A DNA stretch of 63,610 nucleotides, the filler included, from Octopus bimaculoides (Eukaryota): assembly GCF_001194135.2 (NCBI RefSeq). It is 6 parts of 6 records of this genome, joined end to end, with 100 filler letters (N's around TTAATTAATTAA, not from the genome) between each part and the next. Parts side by side here need not be neighbours in the genome. Positions count along the whole stretch, not along the records: positions 40,739 to 50,317 come from NW_026422559.1; positions 50,418 to 60,429 come from NC_068985.1; positions 60,530 to 62,424 come from NW_026306843.1; 3 more parts are not named here. The stretch is one strand, 5' to 3'. Position numbers and translations under genes: made by a program. A model generated the notes under the pieces. The model searched no databases. It was not told the origin of the DNA and saw only the letters and a list, made by a program, of their open reading frames with translations. This document shows, piece after piece, positions 48,736 through 61,059 of the stretch (position 1 is the first letter of the stretch; every line of letters begins with the position of its first letter).

Positions 48736-49123
48736 CTTTTACTCTTTTACTTGTTTCAGTCATTTGACTGCGGCCATGCTGGAGCACCGCCTTTAGTCGA
48801 GCAAATCGACCCCAGGACATATTCTTTGTAAGCCTAGTACTTATTCTATTGGTCTCTTTTGCCGAACCGCTAAGTTACGGGGACGTAAACACACCGCCAT
48901 CGGTTGTCAAGCGATGTTAGGGGGACAAACACAGACACACAAACACACATATATACATATATATACGACGGGCTTCTTTCAGTTTCCGTCTACCAAATCC
49001 ACTCACAAGGCTCTGGTCGGCCCGAGGCTATAGTAGAAGACACTTGCCCAAGGTACCACGCAGTGGGACTGAACCCGGAACCATGATGTTGTTAAGCAAG
49101 CTACTTACCACACAGCCACTCCT
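48735..49123 (-). mobile_element. SINE B, full-length reference copy (about 390 bp)
   Basis: Head aggagtggctgtgtggtaag (A-box-like), gggttcagtccc (B-box-like), accttgggcaagtgtc (CORE-like), internal TA/CA repeat, tail gaaacaagtaaaagagtaaa. Confidence 0.95.
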
Positions 49124-50032
49124 NNNNNNNNNNNNNNNNNNNNNNNNNNNNNNNNNNNNNNNNNNNNNNNNNNNNNNNNNNNNNNNNNNNNNNNNNNNNN
49201 NNNNNNNNNNNNNNNNNNNNNNNNNNNNNNNNNNNNNNNNNNNNNNNNNNNNNNNNNNNNNNNNNNNNNNNNNNNNNNNNNNNNNNNNNNNNNNNNNNNN
49301 NNNNNNNNNNNNNNNNNNNNNNNNNNNNNNNNNNNNNNNNNNNNNNNNNNNNNNNNNNNNNNNNNNNNNNNNNNNNNNNNNNNNNNNNNNNNNNNNNNNN
49401 NNNNNNNNNNNNNNNNNNNNNNNNNNNNNNNNNNNNNNNNNNNNNNNNNNNNNNNNNNNNNNNNNNNNNNNNNNNNNNNNNNNNNNNNNNNNNNNNNNNN
49501 NNNNNNNNNNNNNNNNNNNNNNNNNNNNNNNNNNNNNNNNNNNNNNNNNNNNNNNNNNNNNNNNNNTAACGGTTCGATTCCTATCATTGGCGGTACACTA
49601 TGCTCTGTCCTATCGTGTATTTTAGGAAGCTTTACAGCAAAAGAAATCGATTCCAGTATATAACTGGTATTCTATTTTATCGGTCCTGGGAAGGTAAACG
49701 GCAAAGCCGACCTTGGTGAAACTTGAGCTCAGAATGTAAAGGCTTTTTTTGTTCGACGCACCAACTATTCTTCTAATTGCAAACAACTTTCCGTTCTTTA
49801 ATACAGTTAGCATGTCAACAGTAAGAGCATTATTTCTTTTATGTCTTGCTGCCAGATCTGGATTAAGATCCCTCCATGGGCCTCGCGGGAACAATACAGA
49901 CACGGATCAGTCTATGGTTCTGCAGAACCTTGAAACATTTACAGGAAGTAATGAAGGGACAGACAGCGCATGCTTTGTCATTCTTATTCTCTCTCTTTCT
50001 CTCTTTCTTTCTTTCTTTATTTATTTTTTCTC

Positions 50033-50064
<32 letters not shown>

Positions 50065-50503
50065 TATCTCTCTTTTTCTTTCTTTCCTCTCCGTCTCTTG
50101 CTTTCTTACTCTGTCTGTCTTTCTCTCTTCCTTTCTCTCTATCTCTTTCTCTCAGTCACTCTTTCTCTCTCTCTCTCTCTCTCTTTTCTTACTTTCTTTC
50201 TTTGCCTCTCTGTCTCTGTCTCTATCTCAGTCTCCCTCTCTCTATCTTTTTCTTTCTCTCCTGTCTACTCTCCCTTTTCTGCTTCTCTCTCCCTCTTTCT
50301 CCCCCCCCCTCTCTCTCNNNNNNNNNNNNNNNNNNNNNNNNNNNNNNNNNNNNNNNNNNNNTTAATTAATTAANNNNNNNNNNNNNNNNNNNNNNNNNNN
50401 NNNNNNNNNNNNNNNNNAAATATTTAAAAATTCCAACAAAATGTGGGCAATAAAAGGTCAAAAAGAGGTTTACTTCTGCAGCCGATGTGACAGCACGTCC
50501 GTC

Positions 50504-50604
<101 letters not shown>

Positions 50605-50689
50605 TGACCGGCTTTTTCCGTCTGCCAAAACCACTCAAAAGGCCATGGTCGGCCCTAAACTATAGAAGAAGACATTGGCGTTGAACTCA

Positions 50690-50900
50690 GAAGAAATTTC
50701 TTACGACTAATCCATCCCTGCGCTCTCACATGTGGATTGTTGGCGATTTTTCCTTATTTTTCCTTATTTCTCTTTGGACATTTCTTTTTCCGATGAAGAG
50801 CTATGCTTGAAACGTTAACAGCTCTTTCCTTTCATAGAGCGTCAAATTAATATATTTCTTGTGCACGTCTTCACGTTCGTTTTTTCTTCTCTTTTTCTCT
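50690..50900 (+). mobile_element. Related solo terminal repeat with a hammerhead-like motif at about 50786-50820
   Basis: tttt-CCGATGA-a-GAGC-tat-GCTT-GAA-ACGT-T-aaca, followed by gagcgtcaaa as at about 48715. Confidence 0.5.
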
Positions 50901-52089
50901 GTTTTCAATTATTTTCTCTTTGAATTGACTATATGTATGTATGTATATTAAGCAGCAGGGGAAAACGACCAGAAAACCCACATTCGCACCCGAGAAGAAC
51001 AAAAATGGACTAGTATGTAGTTTGTAGAGAAAACGGTAATCGTATCTATATGTAGAACTAACAAACAAGCCGAATAAGTACTGGAAAAATAATAATTGGG
51101 AGAAAAAAAAAAAAAAAGATCCTTGAAAGACTTCCAGAATAAAATATTAAACACATAAGAGACTTTCCCTCTTTCTCTAAATCTGTATTCCTCTTCATCT
51201 CCCCTCTACTTTTAAAAGTAAAGTAAATGAAAATATTGATCGTACTATGCATAATGTTAAAGGTAATTTTAATTGTAAATGACTCAAGGGCTTTCATTAC
51301 CCTCTCTCTCTCACTTTCTTCGCTTCTTTTTTCAACTATTGAAAGAGAAAAAGAANNNNNNNNNNNNNNNNNNNNNNNNNNNNNNNNNNNNNNNNNNNNN
51401 NNNNNNNNNNNNNNNNNNNNNNNNNNNNNNNNNNNNNNNNNNNNNNNNNNNNNNNNNNNNNNNNNNNNNNNNNNNNNNNNNNNNNNNNNNNNNNNNNNNN
51501 NNNNNNNNNNNNNNNNNNNNNNNNNNNNNNNNNNNNNNNNNNNNNNNNNNNNNNNNNNNNNNNNNNNNNNNNNNNNNNNNNNNNNNNNNNNNNNNNNNNN
51601 NNNNNNNNNNNNNNNNNNNNNNNNNNNNNNNNNNNNNNNNNNNNNNNNNNNNNNNNNNNNNNNNNNNNNNNNNNNNNNNNNNNNNNNNNNNNNNNNNNNN
51701 NNNNNNNNNNNNNNNNNNNNNNNNNNNNNNNNNNNNNNNNNNNNNNNNNNNNNNNNNNNNNNNNNNNNNNNNNNNNNNNNNNNNNNNNNNNNNNNNNNNN
51801 NNNNNNNNNNNNNNNNNNNNNNNNNNNNNNNNNNNNNNNNNNNNNNNNNNNNNNNNNNNNNNNNNNNNNNNNNNNNNNNNNNNNNNNNNNNNNNNNNNNN
51901 NNNNNNNNNNNNNNNNNNNNNNNNNNNNNNNNNNNNNNNNNNNNNNNNNNNNNNNNNNNNNNNNNNNNNNNNNNNNNNNNNNNNNNNNNNNNNNNNNNNN
52001 NNNNNNNNNNNNNNNNNNACAGACAGGCAGACAGACAGGCAGACAGACAGGCAGACAGAGACAGAGATAGATAGATATGTACCTGTATA

Positions 52090-52964
52090 CAGAACGCTAT
52101 GGGTAAATTGTAGCCTTTTTATACTTTTAATTTCGCGCATGCGCATTGTTTCTTTTTGATTTTATTGGCTACACACTATAGTAGGGTCAATTCGGCACCG
52201 TCTGTGAGGAAAACAGCACTATGACGCAATTCACTCTGCCAGAAATTTGGAAACGACATGCTGTACTGCTTGGCACCCGCGCCGGATGCTCTAATATGAA
52301 CATTTCAGAGTGTTTGGATGTCAATCTAAGGACAATGCAATCTGAGGACATGAACCGAGAGGGATAAAAATCAAATAGCCAGTAAACATCATTGTGTTTG
52401 GAATGATCACTAGTGATGGCAACGTTCTGCCTCCTACACGGCCTCGCACTCAACACGGAAGCTTACATTAAATTCCTGGAGGGAGTGCTGCCCTGGGTCA
52501 AGAGGATGGCTGCTGGAAGACCCTATGTCTGGCAACAGGACTCTGCACCATGTTACGCAAGTAGGAGAACCTAGTCATAGCTGTCAGACAATTTCTGTGA
52601 CCACATCAACCCTAACATCTGGCCAGCTTACACCCCAGACTGCAATCCCCTTGATTATTATGTGTGGGGTGCTGTTGAGTGAGAGACCAACAAAACTCCT
52701 TGTAACGCCAAAGATGAACTGAAGGCAAGGATTATGGTAGCATTCACCAACTTAAACAAGGAGACCATCCAGAATAGTTGCAGGAGATTTCAAAGTCGTC
52801 TGGAGGCCGTGGTTGAAGCAAATGGTGATTTTATTGAATACATTTACTCTTTAGTATTTCAAGATATTTGTATGTAATTTTCGTAGATATATCTGTTAAA
52901 ATGAAATGTCAGTGTTATTTTCATTTTTGCGTAATTTAGACGACAGTTTATTCACCGTATCTTG
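52090..52964 (+). mobile_element. Internally deleted Tc1/mariner DD37D (maT-type) element
   Basis: ATG at 52221 MTQFTLPEIWKRHAVLLG..; YVWQQDSAPC..IWPAYTPDCNPLDYYVWG..RLEAVVEANGDFIE, with 37 residues between the aspartates. TA at 52088-52089 and 52965-52966; termini only weakly similar (CA..TAAAYTGT). Confidence 0.9.
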
Positions 52965-52997
52965 TATATATATACAGTTATGTGCATTTACATTATG

Positions 52998-53250
52998 TAC
53001 TAGACTACCCATGACCCGTTGGGTCACCAATAGTTCAAAGTACCCGATAAAACCGCGTATCTCGGGAATCCGCGGTCCGATTTACGCGAATCTTCTGCTA
53101 TTCCGTGTGTATTCACATTTCAATGATACCTTACTTTCAAACCATTATACGCCGGTTTCACTATTTATAAAGGTACCCCCCAAAAACCGCATATCTTGGA
53201 AACCCGTGGTCCGATTTACGCGAAACTTCTTTTATTCTATTTGCATTCAC
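52998..53250 (+). mobile_element. Possible Helentron/HINE-like non-autonomous element with an internal 134-bp tandem repeat
   Basis: Starts TACTAG, short palindrome tgaccc-gtt-gggtca at 53012-53026, two units aaaccgc(g/a)tatct..ggtccgatttacgcgaa at a 134-bp period, then a gap. Confidence 0.35.
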
Positions 53251-53789
53251 NNNNNNNNNNNNNNNNNNNNNNNNNNNNNNNNNNNNNNNNNNNNNNNNNN
53301 NNNNNNNNNNNNNNNNNNNNNNNNNNNNNNNNNNNNNNNNNNNNNNNNNNNNNNNNNNNNNNNNNNNNNNNNNNNNNNNNNNNNNNNNNNNNNNNNNNNN
53401 NNNNNNNNNNNNNNNNNNNNNNNNNNNNNNNNNNNNNNNNNNNNNNNNNNNNNNNNNNNNNNNNNNNNNNNNNNNNNNNNNNNNNNNNNNNNNNNNNNNN
53501 NNNNNNNNNNNNNNNNNNNNNNNNNNNNNNNNNNNNNNNNNNNNNNNNNNNNNNNNNNNNNNNNNNNNNNNNNNNNNNNNNNNNNNNNNNNNNNNNNNNN
53601 NNNNNNNNNNNNNNNNNNNNNNNNNNNNNNNNNNNNNNNNNNNNNNNNNNNNNNNNNNNNNNNNNNNNNNNNNNNNNNNNNNNNNNNNNNNNNNNNNNNN
53701 NNNNNNNNNNNNNNNNNNNNNNNNNNNNNNNNNNNNNNNNNNNNNNNNNTTTTCCAGGATATTTCGCATGCTTTCCTTTTCAGAAAAGG

Positions 53790-53908
53790 AAAGATTTGGC
53801 TGCTATTTCTTGCACGCTCTGCTACCACGTAACAGTTATTTCGGGTCCTTCATCGCAAATAGCTGTAACAGGGTAGCAGGGCGTGCTAGAAATAGCACCC
53901 AAATCTTT
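53790..53908. repeat. 119-bp foldback (37-bp outer arms with 3 mismatches, plus an inner stem)
   Basis: aaagatttggctgctatttcttgcacgctctgctacc / ggtagcagggcgtgctagaaatagcacccaaatcttt; inner acagttattt / aaatagctgt. Confidence 0.9.
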
Positions 53909-54303
53909 GGAGGTTAGATACGTTGAATGCACTCGAAAAATCCTATGGAAAAAAAATATTCCTCATCGAGTTTACGAACGGGTCTTTTACGAAATATTTA
54001 CCGAATTTTTAAAGTCATTTTCACTTAAAGATATATTTGGAATATGCCAAAAAAATTTGTAATGGTATTCACTTGAAATTTTTTTTTTAATTAAAATATT
54101 GTGTTTAAAGAAGGCTAAAATATGAATATCTACTGTACAAACAACTCACATTTTTGAATTCTCACTTAAAGAAATTTCTAAATAATTAAAATATTGTGGT
54201 TAACAAAAGCGAAAATAGAAACATTTACTGTAAAACCAACTCGTATCTTTTCGTTGGCAAGTTAAAGTCACTATCATCGTTGCCCATCATAATGTGTCAA
54301 ATC

Positions 54304-54870
54304 GCAAGGTGGCGCAGATGTTCATACCATTTGTCACCACCTACTGCCTAACCGTTGTGCCTTTCCCCGATTTGTGAATGAACAAGTTGGAAAGAATCCT
54401 TTTTCGCATTTTGTGGAAGGAAGGAAAGCCACTTGTGAAGCGCTCTGTCTGTTTCCAAAACCCGCTAAAGAGTGAACTAGGAATGCCTTGGCTGAGGAAG
54501 CGAAAATTCGTGTTAAGGTTGAGGAACCTCTGACTTTATCTTGATGAGGAGCAGGTGTGGTCACTGCACCTAGGGATCTACCTTCCACAGTTGACGTCCT
54601 TAACGAACATTGGTCCATGGATCAAACGAAGACCTAAGCCAGGGGATTGTCAATTGGAGTACTGTTAGGCACTCCAGTACTCTCGCGGGCGGGCAATACT
54701 GGCAACAGGTGTTCCACTACAGATTTCCATAACGGGTTAGTGGAATTTATGTTAGACGATATCTTGGGGAAGACCCTGGGCTTCGATGGAAATAAGTTGA
54801 TCAACCTGTTCAGGAGAACTTTCGGACCGGGGTATCTGGATAATTACCAGAAATCCTTGGCTTGGCAGTG
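54304..54870 (+). mobile_element. Tx1/L1-clade LINE ORF2 post-RT remnant
   Basis: VAQMFIPFVTTYCLTVVPFP..KLERILFRILWKEGKPLVKRSVCFQNPLKSELGMPWL..LRLRNL and ..RTFGPGYLDNYQKSLAWQCY; cut by SINE B at about 54872. Confidence 0.75.
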
Positions 54871-54871
54871 C

Positions 54872-55230
54872 TATAGTAGAAGACACTTGCCCAAGGTGCC
54901 ACGCAGTGGGACTGAACCCGGAACCATGTGGTTGGTTAGCAAGCTACTTACCACACAGCTACTCTTACTCCTGTAAATAAATAAATGCGCCCTTTTAAAG
55001 CCTAGCCAGGTTCATGGGACCAGTTTCCCGGTTTCAATGGCGTAAGTGTACTCCAGCTGGACGGGACGCCAGTCCATCGCAGTGTTACTCATTTTTGCCG
55101 GCTGAGTGGACTGGAGCAACGTGAAATAAAGTGTTTTGCTCAAGAATACAATGCGTCGCCCGGTCCAGGAATCGAAACCACGATCTTACGATCATGATGC
55201 TGACACCCTAACCACTAAGCCACGCGCCTC
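54872..55230 (-). mobile_element. SINE B 5' part (54872-54972) and SINE C (54980-55230)
   Basis: tagtagaagacacttgcccaaggtgccacgcagtgggactgaacccgg..; gctgagtggactggagcaacgtgaaataaagtg..ctaaccactaagccacgcgcc. Confidence 0.85.
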
Positions 55231-55258
55231 CACAAGTACATCTTCGTTGTATATGTGT

Positions 55259-55349
<91 letters not shown>

Positions 55350-56992
55350 TGTGTGTGTGTATACACACACACATGGGCAGAGGGCTAGGTAGTTAAGTCA
55401 ACGAGTGAGCTTGGTCTATTAGAAATAGTTACTAAATGCCCCTTAAATCCTGTCATTCCTGTCATAAAAACGGAATGAATCATTGAATAGTGTAATCTTC
55501 GTTACACTGTGTCTTAGAAAACAACGGAATGAGCACGACTTGAACTTCCTTAATCATATGACTAGTGAAGAAGGGCTGAGGTGGGGACTAATGAACAATA
55601 TACGTACTATAATTTAGAAACTATAGAGAAGTAGCAAGAAGAAAACAAGGCTAAAAGGCAGTCGATCCTAGGCGCAGGCATGAAGAGATCAAAGTTTCTC
55701 CTGGTTTATCATGCTTATAAAGATAGGGACGTTAAAAGTTACTTTGACTCCAGGCTTTAAGGATTTTTGCTTCACCACTAAGGAACCATTCAACACTAAC
55801 TAATGGTTGTAGAGTTACAGGGTAACACTTCCCGTGGGTTTTGCATGACAAAGATTCATCCAGGTTAACTTGCCCTAGACACACAACACCAAAACCATCC
55901 ATTCAATGGAGTCTCAGCGAAAATTACTTTATGTACCCAGATATGCTAGACTTTAAGGTGCCAGTAATTGACATCAATATCCTTACAATAATATACACAT
56001 TTAACATAACATTTCCTAATACTATTGCTCTGCTTTCATTGATGCCTTCTAGTGACTCCCCACTCCTTATTTAGTGCCAATTTTTCTTTGTTTATAAACA
56101 TAATCTAACATGGGCGTATTTAAAATGAATCTGTTTCAAGTAACTTAACATTTTTAACTAATTTAATTACTGTTGGATTTCTTTTTTAAATCAAAATGTG
56201 CTATTTTCTATAGTAAGTTTATATAAATACACTTATAATTTTCCATGATGATAACGTCCCTCGGTAATTTTTCTCACTCAGTGTGTAATTTTCGCGTCTA
56301 TTTGTCTGCATTACAGTGCACACACACATACGCACATGTACACGCGCACGAACATAATATGCACGTATACATGCACACATACATATACGCACACATACAC
56401 ACGCACGCATACATATACAGCTCACCAATTTGTCTGCATTGTTGTACATGTATGCGCAGGCGCGGGCATGACTGTCTGGTTAAGAACCACTCTTTGCAAT
56501 CACGTGGTTTCGGGTTCAGTCCCTCTGCGCAACACATTGCTTTGTGCAATAGCAGAGATAGAAACTGTTTGGCAACCCATTGCAGTAAATAAAGAAATTA
56601 CAGAAGCAATCTAGAAACAATGATGTCGCGCCAATAATTCTTTCTTTTTCTTTCTCTTGTGTTCAATGGATCATTATTTTACATGATATAATATACCTTT
56701 ATTATATTCTCATTGTCAAAATCGACAGTCGATTTTGTTCTTACCTCTGTTTTCATAGCTTTTCTTTTTTTTTTTTTTTTTTTTTGTCTCGAAATGTTTG
56801 TTTTTGGTGGAAACCTTTGTTTATGATAGAAAACGTTCCGTTCCATCATCCCTTTGATATTGGTCATGATCTACAAATTTTCACACTTCATTTCTCAACT
56901 ATTTTTTAACCTCACATTTATCTGGCGCTGTAACCAACATTTTTTTCTCCAGCTCAGCTACTTTTGCAACAAAGTAAATATTTTACTGTTGC

Positions 56993-57071
<79 letters not shown>

Positions 57072-57224
57072 GTTGTTGTTGTTGTTGTTGTTCTTCTTGT
57101 TTCTGTTTCGTCCTAGGCATAAAAACTCCATTCTGGAATCACTGAACTATTACATTCCTTCCGCCAGTCCGAGTTCAAACTTTGTTGCTGTTAGTGTTGC
57201 CTATATATATATATATATATATAT

Positions 57225-57279
<55 letters not shown>

Positions 57280-57451
57280 TGTATTATGTATATATGTATA
57301 TATACATATATATATGTATATATACATACACATATGTGTATATATATATAGAGAGAGATATAGATATAGACACACGCATATGCATACATATGTATATATA
57401 TATATATATATGCGCTCGTGCGTGTCTGTGCAGACGTGTATCTGCAGACGC

Positions 57452-57509
<58 letters not shown>

Positions 57510-57904
57510 ATGCGTGCGTGTCCGGGTTCTGTTGTGCAAATATCAGCTTCTCTGAGGATACGAACTGAAGAAATGTTGGCTGCAATTCATTTCATCTCTA
57601 CCTACTTCCTCTGAAAATTGGCAGACTAGAGAACCAGACAAAATGCCTTACTTTGTTTAGTTACATTTCAATACTTACTGAGTTAACAAAAGAAACGGTA
57701 ATATTTTTTAATGTAAATGGTACACTCAAACCGGAGTGGCAAATTATACGAAAGAAGAAGATGGAGTTAAACCAGCCAATCTACATGCAATAAACCGCAA
57801 GATTCCATCGAGAAAAATAAGACAGAATGATGACTAACTTATTCCCAAAAGCTCTGAGTTAGCAAATGGAAGAGATAAACTGATTTTAGATACTTTCTAT
57901 CAAC

Positions 57905-58128
57905 CCTTAAGCCTTTCTATTATACCAAAAGGCCTTAAATGTTGGTGGAAGGAGGTGGTTAGTCGGATACATCGACGCCAGTGCTCAACTGATACGTATT
58001 TCATCGATCACTAAAGTTGAAAGGCAAACACGACCTCGGCGGAATTTGAGTTCAGAACATGGAGACGGAGGAAATGTCGCTCACCACTTTGCCCGGCGTG
58101 CTAGAGATTCTGCCGGCTCACTGCCTTA
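57905..58128 (-). mobile_element. SINE A, degenerate
   Basis: gacctcggcggaatttgagttcagaac..ttgcccggcgtgcta..ctcactgcctt. Confidence 0.8.
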
Positions 58129-58171
58129 ATAATAATAATGATAATAATAATAATAATATTAATAATGATAC

Positions 58172-59018
58172 TGACTACAGAGCTCAGGGCTAAAAGCAGA
58201 GAATGAAGGCTTTATCTTGGCTGCTCAAGACCAGAGTTTATTGACTCGGAACTATCATGCCAATGTGATAAAAAATGGTGTTCACCCAAAGTGCCGATAC
58301 TGCAACAATGGAATTGAAACATTGGACCACCTAATCTTTGGATGTAAGGTTTTAGCACTTGTAGAGTACAAATCAAGACATGAAGCTGTAACTGAGGGAG
58401 AAAATGCAACGATTCTTTGGGACTTTCCAGTATGTACAGACCGGACCATCAAAGCAAATAAACCAGGTATTGTTGTGAAAGACCAAAGCAATACAGTCTG
58501 CTTATTGATTGACATAAACATACCTTGTGACCATGATATCTCAGCAAAAGAATTTGAAAGGCTCAGAAAATATAAAAATTTGCTAATCGAAATCGAAATG
58601 ATGTAGTATCTTAAGACAGTTACAATAGCAGTGATTGTAGGAATACTTGGAATGAACAAAAAAGGAACTGAAAATTACCTAAGAATGATCCCTGACTTAC
58701 AATCCATGCAGGAAGTGCAACAGTTTGGCTTAACTGGTACGCCAGACGTACTGAGAAGAGCACTGTCACTGCGAATTTTCCCTTTATTTTCCTAATTTTC
58801 CCCTTTTCCCCTTTATTTTCTTTGTTTGCTTTTTTATTTTTATTTTTTATTTTTCTCTGTCTTTGTTCCCCTTTTTCTCTATCACATGACTTTGTAAATG
58901 AACAATCTAGTGTCTATTTTAATGGCCTACAAATATATACGGTGCGTTTATCCGCCCTCGGTGCCTGGGAGACACTCGGCAAGAAATGGAAACAGAATTG
59001 AAAAAAAATGATAATGAA

Positions 59019-59090
<72 letters not shown>
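58172..59090 (+). mobile_element. R4/Dong-type RLE retrotransposon 3' portion (CCHC finger plus RLE domain), flanked by (TAA)n
   Basis: EGFILAAQDQSLLTRNY..CRYCNNGIETLDHLIFGC (C-x2-C-x8-H-x4-C)..ILWDF..TDRTIKANKPGIVV..LLIDINIP..KYKNLLIEIE..VIVGILG. One in-frame stop, PD changed to PG, and an apparent internal deletion after SRH. Confidence 0.9.
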
Positions 59091-59091
<1 letters not shown>

Positions 59092-59239
59092 GGAAGGTTC
59101 TTGACATCTAAGTTTACTTGTTGAAGCCGGATTTCAGGAATTTTTTCTGTCTAATTTGTTGTGCGTAAATGAAATAATAATAAATAAAATATATAACAAT
59201 TACACAGAATGTCTTATCAGAGATACAGGAATTTCTACG

Positions 59240-60130
59240 ATAATGAAGAAACCGAAGATAGCACTTCACTGAAGAGAACCTTATCTCCAAAATGATGAAC
59301 GATATACACTAAAAACCACAGAACCATATTCTACCTTTGTACAGCTTAGCTTTAATTAGATTAATATGACAGCCAACTGTGAGAGAAAAGAAAAAACTTG
59401 TTTCCAGAAATTTGAAAGAAATGCTGCAAAAGTTCTTATGGTTGTAAAGATGAGTTATTGACCTACAATACCATAACTAAAGATAAAGCAGTGCGATATC
59501 AGAATCGTTTAGTACGCCGGGCAAAACGCTTAGCGGCATTTCGTCCGTCTTTATGTTCTGAATTCAAATTCCACCGAGGTCGACTTTAATTTTCATCCTT
59601 TCGGGGTCGATAAAATAAGTACCAGTTGAAAACTAGGGTCAATGTGATAGACTTGGTCCCTCTTCCGAAATTGCTGGCCTTGTGTCAAAATTTGAAACCA
59701 ATCGCATAACTAAAGATTACAGAAATAGGAAGAAGGTTCTGAGAAATCTGTGGATTGACAATCAGAAGGGTTTTAATCTTGTCACTCGCATGTATTCATT
59801 AACCATAACTATAATATCATCAATCATAATGAGATCCATGTAATATATATTGAGTAAGTGGCACGCTAGGGATTCTCTCTTACCATTTGTTGTCTGTCTG
59901 GTGCTAATATCTTTAACCGCCATGATAAACCAGACTACACTTGGAAACAAATGCTATGACAGCACAATCAGCCATCTTTGCTACATAAACAAATTGAGAT
60001 TATGAGCTGAAGATGATAAGCAGCTAAACACAGATTTACAGAATGCACTGACTTACTGGAGCAATTAATATTAGATGAGGACTGAGGAAATACGGCAAGG
60101 CATTGAAAACAGAGAAATTAATCAAGAATC
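59240..60130 (+). mobile_element. Older R4/Dong-type RT remnant interrupted by a SINE
   Basis: LSPK**TIYTKNHRTI, KSSYGCKDELL, ITKD|YRNRKK..WIDNQKGFNLV, GDSLLPF..ISHLCYINKLRL*AEDDKQL. Confidence 0.75.
59485..59704 (+). mobile_element. SINE A with a perfect 13-bp target-site duplication
   Basis: cataactaaagat at 59472-59484 and 59705-59717; removing the SINE and one TSD restores the RT frame. Confidence 0.95.
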
Positions 60131-61059
60131 CTAATACCATGTTAGACAAAGAAACTGAAATAAGATAATTACACAACACAGAGGAAAGTTAGGAATCAAT
60201 GAAGTAAATAGAGTATAACATATAGAAATAGAAAAGTGAAGGCTCGAACGGAATATAGGCAAATTGATTAATTTTCGAACTTAAGATAAGTGTTAAAAAA
60301 TAAGGTAGATCTAACGGTAAATTCTAAAAAGTAGTTTAGCTGTCCAAGCAACAATTTTTATGTATGTATGTATGTATGTATGTATGTATGTATGCATGTA
60401 TGTATGCATGTATGTGCATGTATATATACNNNNNNNNNNNNNNNNNNNNNNNNNNNNNNNNNNNNNNNNNNNNTTAATTAATTAANNNNNNNNNNNNNNN
60501 NNNNNNNNNNNNNNNNNNNNNNNNNNNNNAAAGGATTTTGCAAAAGAAAATTGATTCGTAACAAGGAGTGTAAATATTAAATGAGAAACAGCAAACGTGG
60601 TATGAATCGATTTTTCACTCATTATTCAAAATTTCAAATGGGCTACGGAGCTTGAAGATGTGAATTAAAGAACTTCAGATTTTAACATAGTGGTTTTTAA
60701 AGGGTTCCAAATTAAAAAAATATATTCTTAAAACCATATTTCGAAAATCTGTGTAAAAAGTACCTTTTTCGCTCCACTCTAATGCATACTGACGCACGCA
60801 CATGCGCACAAACAAACGCAGCTTTGATAACGGATGGAGTCAACGACTATTGAAAATATTGCAAGGCACAACGAAAATTTTAAGAAAATAAATAAGTAAA
60901 TGAGAGGAAATAGAACCGGTGAGTGTGTTAAGTAATAAGGCACTAAAAGAGAATGACTCTCCNNNNNNNNNNTGAAATATGCTTCAACACACGAATTCAC
61001 ATAAAGAATCTTGCAAACCAAAGACAAAAACGAAATGTGTGTGCGCGCGCGTGTGTGTT

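Noticed and set aside
56740-56875. Minus-strand AG|GTAAGA donor preceded by an open frame with KKKKKKRK
   Set aside because: The frame runs through an A homopolymer of about 20 nt; isolated consensus donors are expected by chance
59269-59294. CTGAAGA-GA..TCTC-CAAA hammerhead-like string
   Set aside because: It lies inside the R4-type RT coding remnant (LKRTLSPK) and lacks G12 and stems I/III
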